This document shows positions 58,886 to 64,000 of a stretch of 64,000 bases of DNA, one piece after another. The DNA is from Chrysomallon squamiferum. Its lineage: Eukaryota; Animalia; Mollusca. Numbering within the stretch: position 1 is the stretch's first letter; each line of letters starts with the position of its first letter. The position numbers and the translations under genes were made by a program. The DNA is taken from assembly GCA_012295275.1 (NCBI GenBank), contig CM022676.1:9238001-9302000 (forward strand), read 5' to 3'. The notes under the pieces are model-generated. The model searched no databases. It was given only the letters and a program-made list of their open reading frames with translations, and was not told the origin of the DNA.

Positions 58886-59387
58886 TACAAATTTAAAAAA
58901 AAAAAACCCAGTATATATTATTTTATTTACCAAGAGATATTATTTTACAAATTTATTCCCATTACTAAAGATAAAACTTTTTTTTTTTTTTTTTAAACAG
59001 TAATACTGAAATTTTATTACTGCTGAACAAAGCAAAATAACAAACCAGGAATTTCTGACCAGAATATTCCTTTTATAAAATAACTCTTATGTGTGTGTGT
59101 GTGTGTGTAAAAACAGGATTATTCCTATTCCTGAATTCTGAGTCAAAACAATTAACTCGGAAAAAGCTGAGGCCAAAAATGTCAGTGACCACTTCAGTTT
59201 TGCTGTTCTATCCCATTAATAAGATTTTCACACTGTGGTGTTGACTTGCTAGTGGTCAGTCTCGGACAATATTTGACCAGTCCTGCCTGGAGGGTACTTT
59301 TCAAAATTTCCCACAGCCAGTTGGTGGGGTGGGGGGTGGGGGGTCACCTTCGTCCGTCCACATGTGGCCGTAGCTGAGTGAGTGTGT

Positions 59388-59479
59388 TGGTCAAAGGTTA
59401 TGGTCAAGAAAGAAAGGTTCCCATCTTAGCACAAGGCTGTGTGTGTTCAAAGCAAACTGAATTGTCAGGTCAAAGGTTA
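59388..59479 (+). promoter_or_regulatory. Pair of nuclear-receptor DR1-like elements
   Basis: TGGTCA-A-AGGTTA at 59388 and AGGTCA-A-AGGTTA at 59467. Confidence 0.4.
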
Positions 59480-61972
59480 TGAGTTTCCAAAAAAAAAAAA
59501 AAAAAAAAAAAAAACTTTGCTTAGAAGGGTACTGCCTGCTTGGATGACACAAGGTTCTGCTGATGAAAAAGCTGGCTTGAATTTGAATATATATAGGTTA
59601 ATAGTTTGAGCAGAAATTTAAAAAGCTGAATATGGATTTTGGATTAACATGAAATGAACTGTAACATACAAATATAATAGTTTAAAAAAAAAATATATAT
59701 ATATATATAAAAGAATCTGTTATAAAAGCTATACCCATAACAACATTACTTGAACATTTCTTAAGAGTCTAGAACCATTCCCTGAGTAGCAACAGTTCAT
59801 ATTTTTGACAGTGACTGCGAAATGATCATGCTTAGCAGGGTATGACAGAAAGTGAAGGTAAAAGAGGAGAGATAAAACGGAGGTGACAAAAGACCCTACG
59901 TAGCTGGGTATTTAAATTAGATCAAAGAAGAAAACCCCACAAAGGTTAGGCCATAGAGATGAGTCGTGCTTAGCAGGGTATGTTTAAAAAACGCAAAAAT
60001 TAAAAACGTTGAAAAATCCTTGAAAGGAAAAGTTAAGAAAATTTGTTTCGTGTCAGCGACTTGGTTCATGTTGTGTCGCTTCAACTGCGACATCACGAAC
60101 GATGTTGTTCAAACGGAAAGGTGTGAAAATATGAAGATTTTTCCCACACAGGTTTTAATGACTTTTTTTTTAATGAGGTTTAGTAACGAACTGTATTTAG
60201 TAACAGACATCAAAGATAGCTGAAAGGAATGGGATGGATGGATGGATGGACAAATCAATCAAATAATGAATAAAGAAATGAACTGATGGCATAATGGATA
60301 AATGGAAACACAATGAACGAATGAATGGATGGATGCTTGGATGGTTTTGGTAGAAATCAGCCGTCAAACTGAACTAAGAGAAGGATGATGGACAGACCGA
60401 TGGATGGAAGGACAGATGAATAAATGATAAATGAAAGGATAGATGTTGCGTAGGTAAATCTGAAGAGCATAACAGAAAAATTGTAAAAGATGGATGAATT
60501 TATGGAAATAAAAAGGAATGTCTTATTAATGTCTAGATTATCTCTTTTAGCCTCAACAACCAATAATTTAAAACTACTGTTTTATCTTTTTCCAATTTTT
60601 TTTTTAAAAAAGCATTAAAACTTTGAAGAGTGGCAAAAAAAAAAATACATCAAGTTCAATTCACTACACTAAAAATAAAAATAAAAATAATGTCTGTGGA
60701 ATGTTCAACAGACAGCCAGACAAACAGACAGCTTGACAGTGATTATCTTTGGAGCAAACTCACTAAAAATAAAAGTCACGTCAGTTTGTGGATCCTGGTT
60801 AAAATTCCCAACAACCACGCAGAGTTTCAGTTATTTATAACTCAAAAGTGCTTGACAGAAGCTAGCATCGTGATTTAATTGACCCCAGTGACCTTTATGT
60901 CACCGTTTTCATTGCTGGCTCATCATTGGACAGTTCATCACAGTTTAATTACAATCAGCCAATCAAAATGCCAATCAACATGTCATTTTTAAAATGGCCG
61001 TTTCAGACAGTGATGTTTTCCTGGCAACAGGGTATCATTTAGTTCACCAGCGCTGTTTGACGTTATTTAATTTACATTGATTGCCTCTGTATAAATTCTT
61101 CTTAGTCCTTTTATTAATTTTTAATTTTTAATTTTTTTTTAATCTGGAATTGACAATTAACTACAGGCTGATAATTATTTCTTTTTTAAGTTTAAGAAAA
61201 TGATAATAATTGAAATATTATTACAAAAGGGATATAATCGTATCAAACTTAATCGTATTATTATAAAACTATTATACTGCATAGACACTGTTATCAAGTA
61301 ATTTTCCTGTTCTTGAAAGTATTTAATCTTTGTTAGCTGATGTCACATGCCAATGGTTTCCATGTATAAAATTGTGCACTAAATGCATACTTGAATACCA
61401 GGAGGAAAAAAAAATTTAAAAATTAATTTCTAGTTTTTAAATATACTTTACAACAAGCTGTTATTTTATATTATTATAAAACATATTTTTATATGTATTA
61501 TTTTTGTTTTATTAATTCTGTGTTTATTGAATTTTTTTGAATTTCATTTTTATATTTTATTTATTTCTTATCATTATTTGTTTTTTTAATTCAGTAAAAA
61601 AAATTGATTTAATTGATTTTAATGCAACATAATCTGCTGCTTTGGAATTTTTTAATGATCCTGTCATTAATGAACTCTTTAAAATATACATCACTAAAAC
61701 AAGATGTCTACAGTATTAATAAATTGTGAGATGTTGTTTTTAAAAGTTAAATGAAGAAAGATATTAATTTCTTCTTCTTTTTTGTATTATTAGTTAATTT
61801 ATTTGGAAATTACTGGCTTATATCTTCAAAATAATAATAATAAGAAGAAGAAGACAAAACAATAAATAATAATAACAACAAAGATAATAACAGTAATAAC
61901 AAAATAATAATAATATAATATTATAACAAGAAGAGGAAGATAAAGAAATAATAATAACAAAGATAGAAAAAA

Positions 61973-62010
<38 letters not shown>

Positions 62011-62425
62011 AAGAAGAATAAGAAACAACAATAATAATAAAGATAATAATAACAAAACAATAATAATAACAACAACAACAACAACAAAATAAATAAAGTT
62101 TAAAAAAGAGACACTTTAGCCTGATACTACATCAACATTACAAGAACACAAAGCAGGTTTAACCTGTCAATGGAAACAACCAGATTAACACAGGTTTACA
62201 CGAAACCAAAATGGCCGCCACATCACTTCAAAGAAGATTTTTCATGTCAGACTTTGCTGGGAAAGGTTTTCAGACAAGAAGAAAAGAAGATTACTGTGTG
62301 TGTTATTCTTTTTCTTGTTTTTCTTTTTTTATTCTGGTAGAAAAAAAATAATAATAATACTGTAGAAGATTTTGAAAATATGTTGATATTGTCTTCTTTT
62401 TTTTTTCTATGTTTCTTTTTCTTTT

Positions 62426-62462
<37 letters not shown>

Positions 62463-64000
62463 TATTATATATTTTTTTAAAATTATTCTTTTATTGTCTT
62501 GGACAGAAAAAGAGACAGAGAAAGAATCTGTACTGAAAAATGAGATGAGAATGAAATAATGAAGAATACTATAAAATTTGTATTCATCATTGAAAGAATG
62601 GACAAAATGGACACAGTGAGAGAAAAAGAAGGAAAGGTAATCATAGAAAGAAAACAGAAAAAAGACAGAAACAAAAAGAATGAAAGACAGAAGGACAGAT
62701 ACAGAGAAATAATAATTAAGAACATAAAAGAGAGCAATAAACACACACACAAAAAAATAAAAAAAAATAAAATAAAATTTGTAACAGCAAGAGACAATAA
62801 ATTAGAAACAAAAAATTTTTTTACAGAGGTAAAAAAAGAGAATAATGGTAACTAATTTTGAAACTACATATTTATTCTTCTTTCTTTTTTTTTTTTTTTT
62901 TTTTTTTTTTTTCTCAATTCAACTGACGTCTGTCTGGCACTCAGACACTGAATCTGCTGCCAGTTGTTTAGAAAATAGTTTTCTTTTTTCATTTTAAATT
63001 TTCTACTCAGGTTTTTAACTGCTTAAACATATGTGGACTTTTTCTTTTCATGATGGTAACATATGTTCCTGTTTACATTTTCTTAACAAAACAGTTTTAG
63101 GTTTCCATTATGTGCTTGGGAAAGTCTGATAAAAACTAAGAAAAAAAAAAAAAATTAATTAACATTTGCTAATGTTAAAAGTTCACTTGATAGAAATTTA
63201 TACTTCTATTGGGATCTAATATTACTAATAAAAAAAAACATTGTCTTTAGAAATCGTTAAATATTATATGGGTTAAAAAGAAGGTGTATTAAAAAGTTAA
63301 TAAAGTATATTTATCCGTAAAAAGATTTTATTTCCAATTTTTGTTTTTATATTCAGGTGTTGTTGTTTTTTTATTGACGGGGTTAATGTTTTGTGTATTA
63401 AAAGGTATCTGTCTGTGTATATGTCTGTGTTAGTGTATATTTTAGTCCATATGCATATAATATTTATTTACATGGGTGTTTGTATACAAGTGTCTGTGTG
63501 TGCATGTGTACTTGTGTCTGTGTACAGTTTGTGTACATGTGTCTGCGTGTACATGTGTACTTGTGCCTGTGTGTTTGTGTACATGTGTCTGTGTGTACAT
63601 GTGGGCATGTGTGAGTATTTGTATCTTTGTATTTGCGTATTTGAATATCTGTGTTAGTGCATATTACAACAATGTCTGCCTATGTTTATGTGCACATTCC
63701 TGTGTTTGTGTTTGCATGTGCATGTGTGTATATGTTACAAGGTCGGCATCATATCAGGCAACACCTAACACAACAGCAACAAATAAAAAAAACATCAAAA
63801 ATTAATTTATATAATTACTGTATCACTCTGGGATGTAATATTTATTTGTCTAATATTGATAACAACAGCAAAAAAATTTACCAGCAGAAAACAAAAACAA
63901 ATAATTACAAAGGTAACATAAAACATTTTTACTTGCAGTACGTTGACTGTAAAAATGGATCGCTAATGAGAAAAGCAATCAATAAAAACACACCTGAGTG

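Noticed and set aside
59324-59345. G-quadruplex candidates (also about 11226 and 39330)
   Set aside because: These are short G-runs of a kind common in this genome, and nothing indicates function.
62247-62855. Long F/L-rich and K-rich ORFs
   Set aside because: They come from low-complexity poly-A/T and purine-rich intronic sequence, with no splice-consistent link to the receptor gene.

Overview
AT-rich, microsatellite-dense eukaryotic (metazoan) genomic DNA. The composition and repeat style suggest a mollusc or other lophotrochozoan, which is an inference only. By reading GT-AG junctions and checking codon phase by hand I resolved four loci. (1) The 3' nine exons of a trithorax/KMT2A-B (MLL1/2) H3K4 methyltransferase on + (1..8013), covering FYRC, Win, SET and post-SET. 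(2) A complete 8-exon class II POU gene (POU2F/Oct-1/nubbin-like, about 616 aa) on - (37210..18587), convergent with KMT2. (3) An orphan gene on - (44124..41448) whose ~1.5 kb exon is broken by two -1 frame changes. (4) The last six exons of a single-pass membrane protein on - (57336..49079) ending KVIYEVVV, tentatively Echinoid/IgSF-like. The most notable observations are: octamer enrichment across the POU2 gene, suggesting autoregulation; a conserved KIX-binding TAD motif but a non-canonical Win motif in KMT2; a CRE+TATA promoter followed by a ~90-nt hairpin, divergent from POU2; a 2.6 kb 40-bp minisatellite anchored on a POU-domain splice donor with a mosaic interior; several foldback elements; and a gene neighbourhood that mirrors the vertebrate 1q23/11q23/19q13 paralogon. 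Most ORF-track entries are microsatellite artefacts. No rRNA, tRNA, CRISPR array or autonomous transposon was seen.
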